DNA of 64,000 nt, from NCBI GenBank assembly GCA_965204575.1, contig OZ241993.1:768001-832000 (forward strand), in the 5' to 3' direction. Every line of letters starts with the position of its first letter. The first letter of the stretch is position 1. This document shows, one piece after another, positions 9,428-18,729 of this stretch. Origin of the DNA: an uncultured candidatus Porisulfidus sp. GTDB taxonomy: Bacteria; Pseudomonadota; Gammaproteobacteria; Poriferisulfidales; Poriferisulfidaceae. The notes under the pieces are model-generated. The model ran no database searches. It saw only the letters and a program-made list of their open reading frames with translations, and was not told the origin of the DNA. Made by a program: the position numbers and the translations under genes.

Positions 9428-9817
9428 ATGGAACACATCAGTGTGCCCGTATCGCCTGGGGAATTGCTGGACAAGATCACCATCTTGGAAATCAAGGCGG
9501 AGCGGATAACAGACGAAGCGAAACTGCGGAACGTCAAAGTAGAATTGGCTCTGCTGATCCAGACTTGGGGGCAGTCTTCCGTCGACCACGATGCAGTCTC
9601 GCCGCTCAGGCAGACGCTTAAAGAGATCAACCAAGCCTTGTGGGACATTGAGGACCGGATTCGGGTCAAGGAAGCGAAGAAGGAGTTCGATCAGGAATTC
9701 GTTGATTTGGCGCGTTCTGTCTATGTTCAGAACGACCAGCGTGCTGCCGCCAAGAAGCAAATCAACACGATGCTTAATTCAAGTATCGTGGAAGAGAAAT
9801 CTTATGCGAAATACTGA
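9428..9817 (+). CDS. DUF6165-like conserved protein
   Basis: VPVSPGELLDKITILEIK, LWDIEDRIR, LARSVYVQNDQR, EEKSY; family seen near polysaccharide genes. Confidence 0.8.
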   Translation: MEHISVPVSPGELLDKITILEIKAERITDEAKLRNVKVELALLIQTWGQSSVDHDAVSPLRQTLKEINQALWDIEDRIRVKEAKKEFDQEFVDLARSVYVQNDQRAAAKKQINTMLNSSIVEEKSYAKY

Positions 9818-9858
9818 CTGGTTACGTACTCTCATCAACCTAATCAAGGATTCCAATC

Positions 9859-9903
9859 TTGCAAATTTCCCATTAGAACTTATAATGTTACCTATTGGGT
9901 AAC
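9859..9903 (+). promoter_or_regulatory. sigma-70 promoter and operator of higBA
   Basis: TTGCAA-N16-TATAAT (9881-9886) followed directly by the palindrome GTTACC-TATTG-GGTAAC (9887-9903). Confidence 0.7.
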
Positions 9904-9920
9904 GAAAATGAGAAGATATC

Positions 9921-10256
9921 TTGGATATCACATTTCGAAGCCGCAGGCTCAAGAAGGTTTTCGATTTGGAATCCGAACTCCAAAGAGCCTACGGGAAGCC
10001 GTTGGCAAGAAAAATCATGATGCGCCTTGCGGTTTTGAGGGCCGCGCCGAATCTCAGTTCAGTGCCGGTCAAGCCACCGGACAGGAGACATCTCCTCAAA
10101 GGTGACCGAAGTGGCCAATTTGCAGTGGATTTAGATCAATCATGCCGCCTTGTTTTCAAGCCCGACCATGACCAAATAATACTGGCCGAAGATGGAGGAA
10201 TTGATGCAACACAAGTAACCGCGATAAAGATTCTCGAAGTTATTGATTATCATTGA
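9921..10256 (+). CDS. higB: HigB (RelE/ParE superfamily) toxin
   Basis: ITFRSRRLKK..YG..ARKI..RL..HLLKGDRSGQFAVDL..RLVF..EVIDYH; toxin-first gene order. Confidence 0.85.
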   Translation: MDITFRSRRLKKVFDLESELQRAYGKPLARKIMMRLAVLRAAPNLSSVPVKPPDRRHLLKGDRSGQFAVDLDQSCRLVFKPDHDQIILAEDGGIDATQVTAIKILEVIDYH

Positions 10257-10270
10257 TGGAGGCAACAATT

Positions 10271-11362
10271 ATGGGAACCACGCCTAATCTATACAATCCA
10301 GACTACTCGGTTCCGCCGGGATGGGTTTTGGAGGAACATATAGAAGTACTAGGCATCTCGCATGCTGAATTCGCGCGCCGGTGTGGGCGTTCGCCAAAAC
10401 TGATCAGCGAAATCATCACGGGCAAGGCCCCGCTTGAACCAAAGACGGCACTTGAGTTCGAAAAAGTCCTCGGTTTGGACGCTAGGATTTGGCTGGGAAT
10501 CGAATCCAATTACCAGCTTCATCGGGCGCGTGAGGCTGAAAATGAAATTGCCTCGAAACGTGACAGGTGGGCAGAAAGTTTTCCAGTCCGCGAACTGGTA
10601 AAACGAGGATATATACAAAAGCCAGGATCAACCGCAGATGCCGTGTCCGAGTTATTGGCATTCTTTGGTGTTGGCTCGATTGACGCATGGACCACACGTT
10701 ATGCGGCCGTCAATGTTGCCTATAGGCACTCTCAGAGTTTCTCAAGTGATGAAAAAGCACTAGCCACGTGGCTTCGTCTAGGTGAGCTTGAGGCCGAAAG
10801 CCAAAATTGTGAGAAATACAGCCAGGCCCGGTTTAAGGATGCAACGCGACAGATTCGAAGTTTAACGTGCGAGCCTGTAGGGCAAGCCACCCTGCGTGCG
10901 ACTGAGTTATGTAATCAGGCGGGCGTTGCACTTGCACTGGTACGTCCTTTGCCCGGGACCGCGTTGAGTGGGGCAGCTAGATGGCTTTCTCCAAAGAAGG
11001 CATTAATTCAGTTGAGCGCACGCCACAAGTCCGACGATCACCTTTGGTTCAGTTTCTACCATGAAGCCGCACATATCCTGCTTCACAGTAAGAAAGACAT
11101 TTTTGTTGATGCTGTGAGGAACGGAGATACAGGTGCTGAGAAAGAGGCAGACGAATGGGCATCGAAAACTCTCGTACCCAAAACCGAATGGGAACGATTT
11201 ATCGCAACATCTCCACGTAGTAGGAGCGCAGTTGAGGTATTTGCTGATGAGCAGGGAGTGGCCCCCGGCATAATCGTGGGGATGCTTCAACACCAAGGGA
11301 TATTGCCTTGGACACACCTGAACGGTCTTAAAGTAAAGCTAGAATGGCGGAACTCGGAATAA
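10271..11362 (+). CDS. higA: HigA antitoxin (Xre HTH) fused to an ImmA/IrrE-type metallopeptidase
   Basis: PPGWVLEE..ISHAEFARRCGRSPKLISEII HTH; WFSFYHEAAH (HExxH) and EKEADEWA; RBS GGAGG before ATG 10271. Confidence 0.88.
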   Translation: MGTTPNLYNPDYSVPPGWVLEEHIEVLGISHAEFARRCGRSPKLISEIITGKAPLEPKTALEFEKVLGLDARIWLGIESNYQLHRAREAENEIASKRDRWAESFPVRELVKRGYIQKPGSTADAVSELLAFFGVGSIDAWTTRYAAVNVAYRHSQSFSSDEKALATWLRLGELEAESQNCEKYSQARFKDATRQIRSLTCEPVGQATLRATELCNQAGVALALVRPLPGTALSGAARWLSPKKALIQLSARHKSDDHLWFSFYHEAAHILLHSKKDIFVDAVRNGDTGAEKEADEWASKTLVPKTEWERFIATSPRSRSAVEVFADEQGVAPGIIVGMLQHQGILPWTHLNGLKVKLEWRNSE

Positions 11363-11377
11363 CTCCGTAATGGCGGG

Positions 11378-11478
11378 GGTGTGTACCACGGTAGCATGTG
11401 AGAAACATCGCCGATCGCCGACAACCGCAGCAGGCAGAGGGTCTTCGGGGGGTATGATGGGCGCGCGGATTCGCTCAT
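11378..11478 (-). pseudogene. Orphan 5' fragment (~33 codons) of a GT9 gene
   Basis: MSESARPSYPPKTLCLLRLSAIGDVSHMLP aligns with the N-terminus of 4366..5445. A 1-nt deletion follows, then similarity ends at 11378. Confidence 0.85.
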
Positions 11479-12208
11479 GCAACAAGGTATGCCAGACGAA
11501 GGGCAGGGTCATATCGTATACGACCCCGAGTGGCTTTCGGAAATAACGCCGGAATTTTTCGACCCGCACTACCTGAGCGTACAGGGAATGCTGTCCAGTT
11601 TCGGCAGCGGGCGGGGGACGGTCTGGTTATTTCGGCATGAAGGAAAAGAATTTGCGTTGCGGCACTACCATCGGGGGGGCAAGGTGGCCCGGTTCCTCGG
11701 AGACCGCTACCTGTGGGTGGGTTTGAATCGGTCGCGCCCGGCACGGGAGGTCAGAATCTTGAGCCAGTTGGCAGGGCAGGGGCTGCCCGTACCCAGTCCA
11801 GTGGCCTGGAGGGTGATTCGCAGCGGCCTGATGTATCGCGCGGACCTGATCGTGACCCGGATTTCCCGCGCCCGCCCCCTCACCCAGATCTTGCGCGAGC
11901 GAGTCTTGGAAGTGGCCGAGTGGGAAGGTCTTGGGGCGTTGTTGCGCCGATTCCACGACTTTCAGGTCTGGCACGCCGACCTCAACCTGAGCAATATTCT
12001 GCTGCGTGCTCCGGATGATTTCTTCCTGATCGACTTCGACCGGTGCCGAATTCGTTCCGGAGGGCTCTGGAAGCGGCGAAACCTCAAGCGTCTCCACCGA
12101 TCCTGTCTCAAGGAACAGGCGAAGAACCCGGAGTTTCACTTCAGGGAGCAGGACTTCGAAGCCCTGTTGCGGGGGTATGCCCGCGGGGCGTCCGCGACCG
12201 GCTCGTGA
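11477..12208 (+). CDS. kdkA: 3-deoxy-D-manno-octulosonic acid (Kdo) kinase
   Basis: GSGRGTVW, LRHYHRGG, YRADL, HADLNLSNILL, LIDFDRC, NLKRLHRS. Confidence 0.93.
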   Translation: MQQGMPDEGQGHIVYDPEWLSEITPEFFDPHYLSVQGMLSSFGSGRGTVWLFRHEGKEFALRHYHRGGKVARFLGDRYLWVGLNRSRPAREVRILSQLAGQGLPVPSPVAWRVIRSGLMYRADLIVTRISRARPLTQILRERVLEVAEWEGLGALLRRFHDFQVWHADLNLSNILLRAPDDFFLIDFDRCRIRSGGLWKRRNLKRLHRSCLKEQAKNPEFHFREQDFEALLRGYARGASATGS

Positions 12209-13281
12209 TGCGACGGCGCGAATTTTTAGGCGTAGGCGGGGTTGCCGCGGCGACCGGATTGGGACGGGTCCGGCGGTCGGACGCCGAAGAACCGCTGCGC
12301 TGGAAGATGGTGACCGCCTGGCCGAAGAACTTTCCCGGCATGGGAACCAGTGCGGAATTTCTGGCGCAGTCCATCGGCGAGATGTCTGGAGGCCGCCTGC
12401 AGGTGCAGGTCTATGGTGCCGGCGAACTGGTGCCTGCGTTCGAGGTGTTCGATGCGGTCAGCCAAGGTGCGGTGCAGATGGGCCATGGCGTTTCCTATTA
12501 CTGGAAGGGGAAAAATCCGGCCTTCCACTACTTCTCCGCCTTGCCGTTCGGCATGACGGGCAACGAAATGAACAGTTGGCTGTACAAGGGGGGCGGCATG
12601 GAGTTGTGGGAGGAAGCCTACGCCCCGTTCGATGTCCTGCCGCTGGCCGCCGGCAACTCCATGGTGCAGATGGGGGGCTGGTTCAAGCGGGAAATCCATC
12701 AAATCGAGGACTTGAAAGGTCTGCGGATGCGCATTCCGGGGCTGGGAGGCGAAGTGCTGCGCCGGGTCGGAGTCACGCCCGTGGTGCTCAGCGGCAAGGA
12801 GCTGCTGGTGGCGTTGCAGACCGGGGCGATCGATGCGACCGAATGGATTGGCCCGTGGAACGACTTGGCGTTCGGCTTGCATCGCGCGGCGAAGTACTAC
12901 TACTACCCCGGTTGGCATGATCCCGGTACGGCGCTGGAGTTTTTGATCAACCGCCCGACGTTTGAAGCGCTTCCGGATGATCTGCAGGCTATCGTGCGGT
13001 ATGCCGCCACGGTGGCCAATGAGGATGTTGTGGCGGACTACCTCGCGCATAATAACGATGCACTGAAGATATTGGTCGAGAAATACCAGGTGGAGCTCCG
13101 GCAATTCCCGCCGGAGGTACTGCGCGTCCTGCGCCGACATGCCGAGGCGGTCATCGAGGAGGTGGCCGGGGGCGACCCCTTCGTCCGGCGGGTGAACGAC
13201 AGCTACCAGGCGTTCTATGCCCGGGTGCGGGACTGGACCGCCATCTCCGAGAAGGCGTACCTAGACACGAGATCGGGGTGA
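12208..13281 (+). CDS. TRAP transporter solute-binding protein (DctP/TakP-like), Tat-exported
   Basis: MRRREFLG twin-arginine signal, WKMVTAWPKNFPG, LKGLRMRIPGLGGEV, YYYPGWHDPG. No dctQM in the window. Confidence 0.92.
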   Translation: MRRREFLGVGGVAAATGLGRVRRSDAEEPLRWKMVTAWPKNFPGMGTSAEFLAQSIGEMSGGRLQVQVYGAGELVPAFEVFDAVSQGAVQMGHGVSYYWKGKNPAFHYFSALPFGMTGNEMNSWLYKGGGMELWEEAYAPFDVLPLAAGNSMVQMGGWFKREIHQIEDLKGLRMRIPGLGGEVLRRVGVTPVVLSGKELLVALQTGAIDATEWIGPWNDLAFGLHRAAKYYYYPGWHDPGTALEFLINRPTFEALPDDLQAIVRYAATVANEDVVADYLAHNNDALKILVEKYQVELRQFPPEVLRVLRRHAEAVIEEVAGGDPFVRRVNDSYQAFYARVRDWTAISEKAYLDTRSG

Positions 13282-13344
13282 TTCTTCCGTTATGCTTGGC
13301 GGGTTGTTCCGGAAAGGCAAGAAGGGGTGGGGCGAGGTCGTCCC

Positions 13345-16300
13345 TTAGGGCTGGGCGACATCGATCACGTGAATGGACACTTTGTCCGCTTCCTCGGGCG
13401 TCAGGGAGTCTTCCAGTTGGTGCTGGAGTTCATCAGGGCTGGTGGGGTGAGTCTTGGTTTCGGGGTTGCGGGTAGAGAATTTTTCGCCGAACCAGAACAC
13501 TAGGTAGATCCCGCGGCCCTCTGCGCCGGGAGCCCGGTTGTATCTGATGAGTTGTTCTCTGATTCCCTCCCACAAATCCTTGGAATGGCTTTTCTTGACC
13601 TCAATGGGGAGGTTGAGGTTTTTGTAGGATACCTGTATGTCGGCTCTCGTATTGTCCGCATGAGAGGCTTCCCGGTCCGCCTTGATGTCAAGAGGCATGA
13701 TTTTCTCCTGCAAGTCAGAAAGGAACGCGTTCCTGCATTCATCTTCCACCTTCGGGCTCCACTCAGGCGACTGATTCCAGTATTGGTGCCAGTCGTTGGT
13801 ACTGCCATCCCGTATTTTTTTGCCCATCTCACCGAAGTCTTCCAGAAGCAGCACGACCAGATCATCTACATTAGCTGGCCTCTTTTTATCCAAGGTTTGG
13901 AGAAGTTTGTTTATGTCGCAATGCGTGAATTCGGACTGGCGGCGGAGAGCGCGTTGTTCATCGACCGCGTCCTGGAGATGGATTCGCCACTTGGACAGGG
14001 CTTCGTCGGCGACTAGACGGCTGAGCGTTTCTGTTGCTATTGGCGAGGAATCGCCTGCCAAATGACCGATCAATTCGCGAATCAGGCCCGAAGCGGCCAT
14101 AGGAGGGGAATTCCAAGCTACATCCTCGTCAAGGGAAATGTGCCGAAAAGAAGAGCCAAGCAATTGAACGAGAGGTACTAGACATTTTCCCTTCAACAAG
14201 TCATCCCATTCCGGCGAGTTGCTGCTCTGACAGACAAATTCTGCGAAATATCTCATCCGTCGATCGTCTTTATGAAGATATGATTCCAATTGGTGGCGGT
14301 GAGTTTTTGGAGAGATGATAAATCTAGCAGCCAACCAGTAAACATGTTGGCCGATGTTCATGCTTTTCGTCTTTCGTGCCGCCAATTTCTCATTCAGAAG
14401 TTTCCGCAGGTTCGCGTGCTTGCAATGCAGCAGGGCTGCCGCGAGCAGATGTCCTAGCTCGTGAAGCTGCCGCGTGGTACAGCGGACCGGAAAGGATTTG
14501 AGCAGAGGCAGGGCTGCTAGGCTAGCGACTTTCACATGGGTGTCGGAGAAAGCGAGTTCGTATGAGTCGGCTAGGAATTCTTCTCCTTTCCGCATTTGGA
14601 AACGGATACGCCTGATGAGGATTTCAGCGACGAGATCAGGTCGCTCGGCAAGCAGGGATTTGTACCATGCCGGGCTGACTTCTCCGGGAAGATCATAATC
14701 GGCGAAGTAATGAAAAGCCAACGCACGCCGAGTTTGCTGATCTGCCGAGGGAGGGATCCCAGTTTCTTCCAATCCAGCCAGACAGGGATAAGTTAGTAAG
14801 TGGGGTCGGCCTTGTTTTGCGTGGCGGATAATCTCACTCACGCTCGGAGCGTCTTCATGCGAAATGGAATTTTTAAAAGATTCGAGTATCAATTGGACTA
14901 GATGAGAGTCGTTGTCCAGCAGGTCGCAGATTCGCTCCAGCGGCTGATCGCCCTCGACATCGTAGAAGCCGCCAAAATAGGCCCACGCAAGGTTGCTAAG
15001 AAGTCCCAACGGTCCGCGATTCTCGCGCAGTTCAGCCTCATGAGCCTTGACTTTTGCTATCCAGTTTTGGCTTAGTTGCTCCCGCTCTTGAAGATCCATA
15101 GCTATTCGCCGCTGCCGCGCTTCGATGTCCTTGAAGTGCTCATCGGGCAACCGGCAAACCAACATATCCTCAAGTGCCTTTTCCAATTCCGGATGTCTGA
15201 CGACCCGCATCTGGATGTCGTCCAGAGAAAGGTCGATCATAGTGTTTCCATCAAACAGAGCCCTGACAACTTGTCGGAGATAGAATTCTGCGGTTTTCGG
15301 ATTTTTGGACTGAATGGCTAGGTTGAGACACCAAGGCCAGAAGTCAAGAGCAGGCTCAAGTCCGAATAGCCAGTCTCCTGTTTCGTGTGAGAGCAATTTG
15401 AAGTTGTCGGTATCATTCCACTCCTCCACTCCGTCTTTAAAGATTTTCCGTTGTTTGTCCGGCTGAAGTTTGAACCAGCCATGAACGGACGATACAGTCT
15501 GTCCGAAAGAACTGCGCACCGTGTGCTGAATTTCAGAGCACCAGGCGGTTTCCAGCCAGTGGCGAAGATCAAGGAGGCTGATTGCTCTATCGGGCGTAGG
15601 GGAAAAAATCCCTTGGAGGATGGCAAGAAAAGTCCGAAATGTCCTGAAGCTCGCTTTCGAAAGATTGGGTTTTCTAGCGTCATTGACCCGGATGACCAAC
15701 TTGTTGAGGATATCGGTCAGTTGATCCGAGCGCAATTGTTTGACAAAGCGGTTGGCCCAGGAGGTATGGAAAGTCGCGGTGGAAGGTTGTCCTGAATCCA
15801 TCAGGCAGTCCAGTGCCTCATCGGCGGGGATATGTTGGGGGAACAGTTCGGTTAATACGGTATCCAGTAGCCTGCCGTGGAAATCCTGAACTGTTCCCTC
15901 CTGAATCTCAAGAAGCAATTTTTTCAGGAGATTACCTGCTTTCGTAGTCCCGGCGCAACTTTGTATGAGTACGTTGAGGGCCATTTCCTTGTTGATTGGC
16001 CAAGACTTCTCGTCCCGGATGATCTTCAGCAGAGAGTCTGAGACTTCCGGTAAGTCCGACCCATAGTGAAGAGCCTTAAGCACGAGGTAGCGAAAAGACT
16101 GTTCGTTATAGCTTGGCGCTGGCTGTCTCAATGCTTCTTTGAGATATTCATGCAGGTCGGGGCCGGCTAGGTCGCGCAATGGGGTGTTTCGTTGCGCGAT
16201 GTCGATGTATCGAGGATTGTCGTTTGTTTTTTCCTCCAGTTTGTCGAACAGCAGGAGTTTATCTTCAGCATTAAAAGATTCAACATCGCCATAAAGAGCA

Positions 16301-17415
16301 ATCTCTAGGGGGATGTTCTCGATCAGTTTTTTCCGTCCTGAGTGACTGTACGTTGCGAACCAGGCGGCAACATTCTGAAGTTTTGGCACTACAGCTTTAT
16401 CCGCACCGGACATTAGAGAAAAAATCCGATTGGCAGAAAATCCTTGTTTCACTTGCTTGGCAAGGTAGCGGCCGCCCAAGAACTCTGCGGTGCATTGATG
16501 TTCAGGGGCAATTCGCTCTTGCCCTGGGACCCGAGTGAAGGCCCGGGTTCGCACGACCTGTTCGCCGTCGGCCCTTGAAACGACTTTCTCCAACGCAGGA
16601 TAATCTTTATTGGGTTTGCCCAAGGGCAGTGTGTAGCCTGCGCTACCGCTCAGTAACTGAACAGCACACATGCGGCCAGCGGTATCCAGCAGCATGTCCA
16701 TGCCAGCTCGATTGGTTCCAGCAATAATGTGCTCCTCGTTTGTTTCGGACAACAAGGTTTCGCACGCCTTCTCGTATACTTCCCTGTGATTGGTTGGCCA
16801 GCTGCCATGCTCGTCGACCGACTCCGCCAACAACAATAGGGCTTTGGGGTTCTTCAGGAACCCGCCAAGGTCATGAGCACGTGCCTGAGAGATGAATTCT
16901 TCAGGATTTCCATTTTTGGGTTTGCCATGCCGGCGGAGGACTTCCGGGATGCTGGCATCAGTCAACGGGTCGAGCTCCAGCAATGAAATTTCAATGCCGA
17001 GTTGTTCCAGTTTTCGCCTGTCGTTGGCCCCCAACCAATCAATCGTACGACAGGACAGGCGGAATTTGGGGAGTGCAAGTTTCTGAAGTTTTCCGCGGAT
17101 TCGGTCAATGGGCTTGCGCCCATCTTTCGCTCCAGCCCGCATTTCATCCAGGCCGTCGATGAACAGAAGTTTGTCACGCCATCGGGAATTCTTCATCCTT
17201 ATGAAGTCCCGTGCCGAGATGTACTCGCCGTTCTCGTGGAAATCCGCTTCCTGCCGAAAAGTGGTGGTTTTCCCGGCTCCGGGCGAGCCAAGCAGGACAT
17301 AGGCGGGACAGTCCCGATATTCGGCCAGTCGCTTGGAGGCAGTTTCCGGGCTGCCCTCCGAGTCCTCTTCAATGATGGAGACGGTGCGGGGGACAGGTTT
17401 AATCATTTTCGTCAA
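13345..17415 (-). CDS. NACHT/STAND NTPase with a long helical region and C-terminal PD-(D/E)xK nuclease-like domain
   Basis: Walker A LLGSPGAGKT, Walker B LFIDGLDE, FRLSCR sensor, NPKAL; C-terminal RADIQV..IEVKK..QL.RY..GIYLVFWFG; 1356 aa. Confidence 0.82.
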   Translation of the reverse strand: MTKMIKPVPRTVSIIEEDSEGSPETASKRLAEYRDCPAYVLLGSPGAGKTTTFRQEADFHENGEYISARDFIRMKNSRWRDKLLFIDGLDEMRAGAKDGRKPIDRIRGKLQKLALPKFRLSCRTIDWLGANDRRKLEQLGIEISLLELDPLTDASIPEVLRRHGKPKNGNPEEFISQARAHDLGGFLKNPKALLLLAESVDEHGSWPTNHREVYEKACETLLSETNEEHIIAGTNRAGMDMLLDTAGRMCAVQLLSGSAGYTLPLGKPNKDYPALEKVVSRADGEQVVRTRAFTRVPGQERIAPEHQCTAEFLGGRYLAKQVKQGFSANRIFSLMSGADKAVVPKLQNVAAWFATYSHSGRKKLIENIPLEIALYGDVESFNAEDKLLLFDKLEEKTNDNPRYIDIAQRNTPLRDLAGPDLHEYLKEALRQPAPSYNEQSFRYLVLKALHYGSDLPEVSDSLLKIIRDEKSWPINKEMALNVLIQSCAGTTKAGNLLKKLLLEIQEGTVQDFHGRLLDTVLTELFPQHIPADEALDCLMDSGQPSTATFHTSWANRFVKQLRSDQLTDILNKLVIRVNDARKPNLSKASFRTFRTFLAILQGIFSPTPDRAISLLDLRHWLETAWCSEIQHTVRSSFGQTVSSVHGWFKLQPDKQRKIFKDGVEEWNDTDNFKLLSHETGDWLFGLEPALDFWPWCLNLAIQSKNPKTAEFYLRQVVRALFDGNTMIDLSLDDIQMRVVRHPELEKALEDMLVCRLPDEHFKDIEARQRRIAMDLQEREQLSQNWIAKVKAHEAELRENRGPLGLLSNLAWAYFGGFYDVEGDQPLERICDLLDNDSHLVQLILESFKNSISHEDAPSVSEIIRHAKQGRPHLLTYPCLAGLEETGIPPSADQQTRRALAFHYFADYDLPGEVSPAWYKSLLAERPDLVAEILIRRIRFQMRKGEEFLADSYELAFSDTHVKVASLAALPLLKSFPVRCTTRQLHELGHLLAAALLHCKHANLRKLLNEKLAARKTKSMNIGQHVYWLAARFIISPKTHRHQLESYLHKDDRRMRYFAEFVCQSSNSPEWDDLLKGKCLVPLVQLLGSSFRHISLDEDVAWNSPPMAASGLIRELIGHLAGDSSPIATETLSRLVADEALSKWRIHLQDAVDEQRALRRQSEFTHCDINKLLQTLDKKRPANVDDLVVLLLEDFGEMGKKIRDGSTNDWHQYWNQSPEWSPKVEDECRNAFLSDLQEKIMPLDIKADREASHADNTRADIQVSYKNLNLPIEVKKSHSKDLWEGIREQLIRYNRAPGAEGRGIYLVFWFGEKFSTRNPETKTHPTSPDELQHQLEDSLTPEEADKVSIHVIDVAQP

Positions 17416-18622
17416 ACCAGTGGCGGGCCGGGACGGACAGAAATTCCTCGAACGAAACTCCTCCCGTGCCGACTACCATCGTATCCGCGGACGGAAACCG
17501 TTTCTTGAACATGGCCAAGCCGGAGACGCTTCTTTTTCGCCCTCCGCTTTTCACCTCTATGGCCAAGAGCCTATTGCCGTGTTGGAGGATGAAATCCACT
17601 TCATGAGGAGATTCCCGCCAGTAGTGAACCTTGATGTCGGGGGAGCCGGAGTTGCACAGGTGCGCACCGACGACACTTTCTACCAGGTGCCCCCAAAAAC
17701 TCCGGTCTGCTTTTGCTTCTTCAAAGGTGTACCCGCAATTCGCGGTCATGAGCGCGGTATCCAGAACTAGGAGTTTTGGGCTGGACCTTCTGACCCGTAT
17801 GACGTTTCCTGCATATTGTTGGAGTCCTGTCAGCAGGCCGGTACGTCCCAAGAGTTCCAGATAGTCCGCCAATGTCGTGACATTCCCCTTGTCGTCAAGC
17901 TGACCAAGCAGGTTCCTGTACGACACGATCTGCGCGCTGAACTCCGACCCGATTTCGAACAGTTGTTTGAGCAATGCCGGTTTGTGGATTGCCATGCGTT
18001 CGACAATGTCCCTCTCGATGTTCGTTTCGATGATTGCGCTCCGGACATATTGCTGCCATCGTTCCGGCCGATAGATCAGGGGGGCTGCACCAGGGTAACC
18101 TCCAAAGTAGAGATACTGGTCCAGGCTGAAGCCGAACGCCTCGACCATTTCCGGGTACGACCACTGGGTCAGGCGGATGGTCTCGAAGCGTCCCGTCATG
18201 CTTTCGCTGAGCCCCTTCTGCATCATCAATGGCGATGAGCCAAGGATGACGACACGGAGATTGCGTTCGTGGAAGCGGTCGGCATCCCACAGGGCCTTGA
18301 CCGCACTGGACCATTCCTGGATTCGCTGGATCTCGTCCAGTACCAAGACATGCCCGAGCTCCGAGTTCTCGGCTTTTTTCCGGGCTTGCTGCCAGATTTT
18401 TTCCAGCCATAAGGCGTCCTTGGCAATGTGGGCTGGCACGGGGTCGTCGCCGCGCACATAAGTGGAGCGGACATCCGTTCGTTCCAAGGCCTGTTGGACC
18501 AGCGTGGTTTTTCCGGTCTGGCGTGGTCCTGTCACCACGATCATATGCCGCGGTGGTTTTTCTGGACGCTCCTCAATCCTCTCCAAAAGGATTGACAATT
18601 GGCTGCGCTGAAACTGGCTCAT
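17399..18622 (-). CDS. AAA+ ATPase (AAA_14) with C-terminal DUF4143
   Basis: GPRQTGKTT, LVLDEIQ, LGSS, ESMTGR, YFGGYP, ESVV, EVDFI..AIEVKS. Confidence 0.9.
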   Translation of the reverse strand: MSQFQRSQLSILLERIEERPEKPPRHMIVVTGPRQTGKTTLVQQALERTDVRSTYVRGDDPVPAHIAKDALWLEKIWQQARKKAENSELGHVLVLDEIQRIQEWSSAVKALWDADRFHERNLRVVILGSSPLMMQKGLSESMTGRFETIRLTQWSYPEMVEAFGFSLDQYLYFGGYPGAAPLIYRPERWQQYVRSAIIETNIERDIVERMAIHKPALLKQLFEIGSEFSAQIVSYRNLLGQLDDKGNVTTLADYLELLGRTGLLTGLQQYAGNVIRVRRSSPKLLVLDTALMTANCGYTFEEAKADRSFWGHLVESVVGAHLCNSGSPDIKVHYWRESPHEVDFILQHGNRLLAIEVKSGGRKRSVSGLAMFKKRFPSADTMVVGTGGVSFEEFLSVPARHWFDEND

Positions 18623-18690
18623 GCATATATAGTACCTATCCTAATAATTTTGTCAAATATAGTACTAATTTTTAGTCTTTATATATAGTA
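18623..18690 (-). promoter_or_regulatory. sigma-70 promoter (probably leaderless) with three ATATAGTA repeats
   Basis: Minus strand TTGACA(18656-18651)-N16-TACTAT(18634-18629)-N6-ATG; ATATAGTA at 18627, 18657, 18683. Confidence 0.7.
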
Positions 18691-18729
18691 AGATATTGAT
18701 GGATAACAATTTATATATTATCTAATTCC

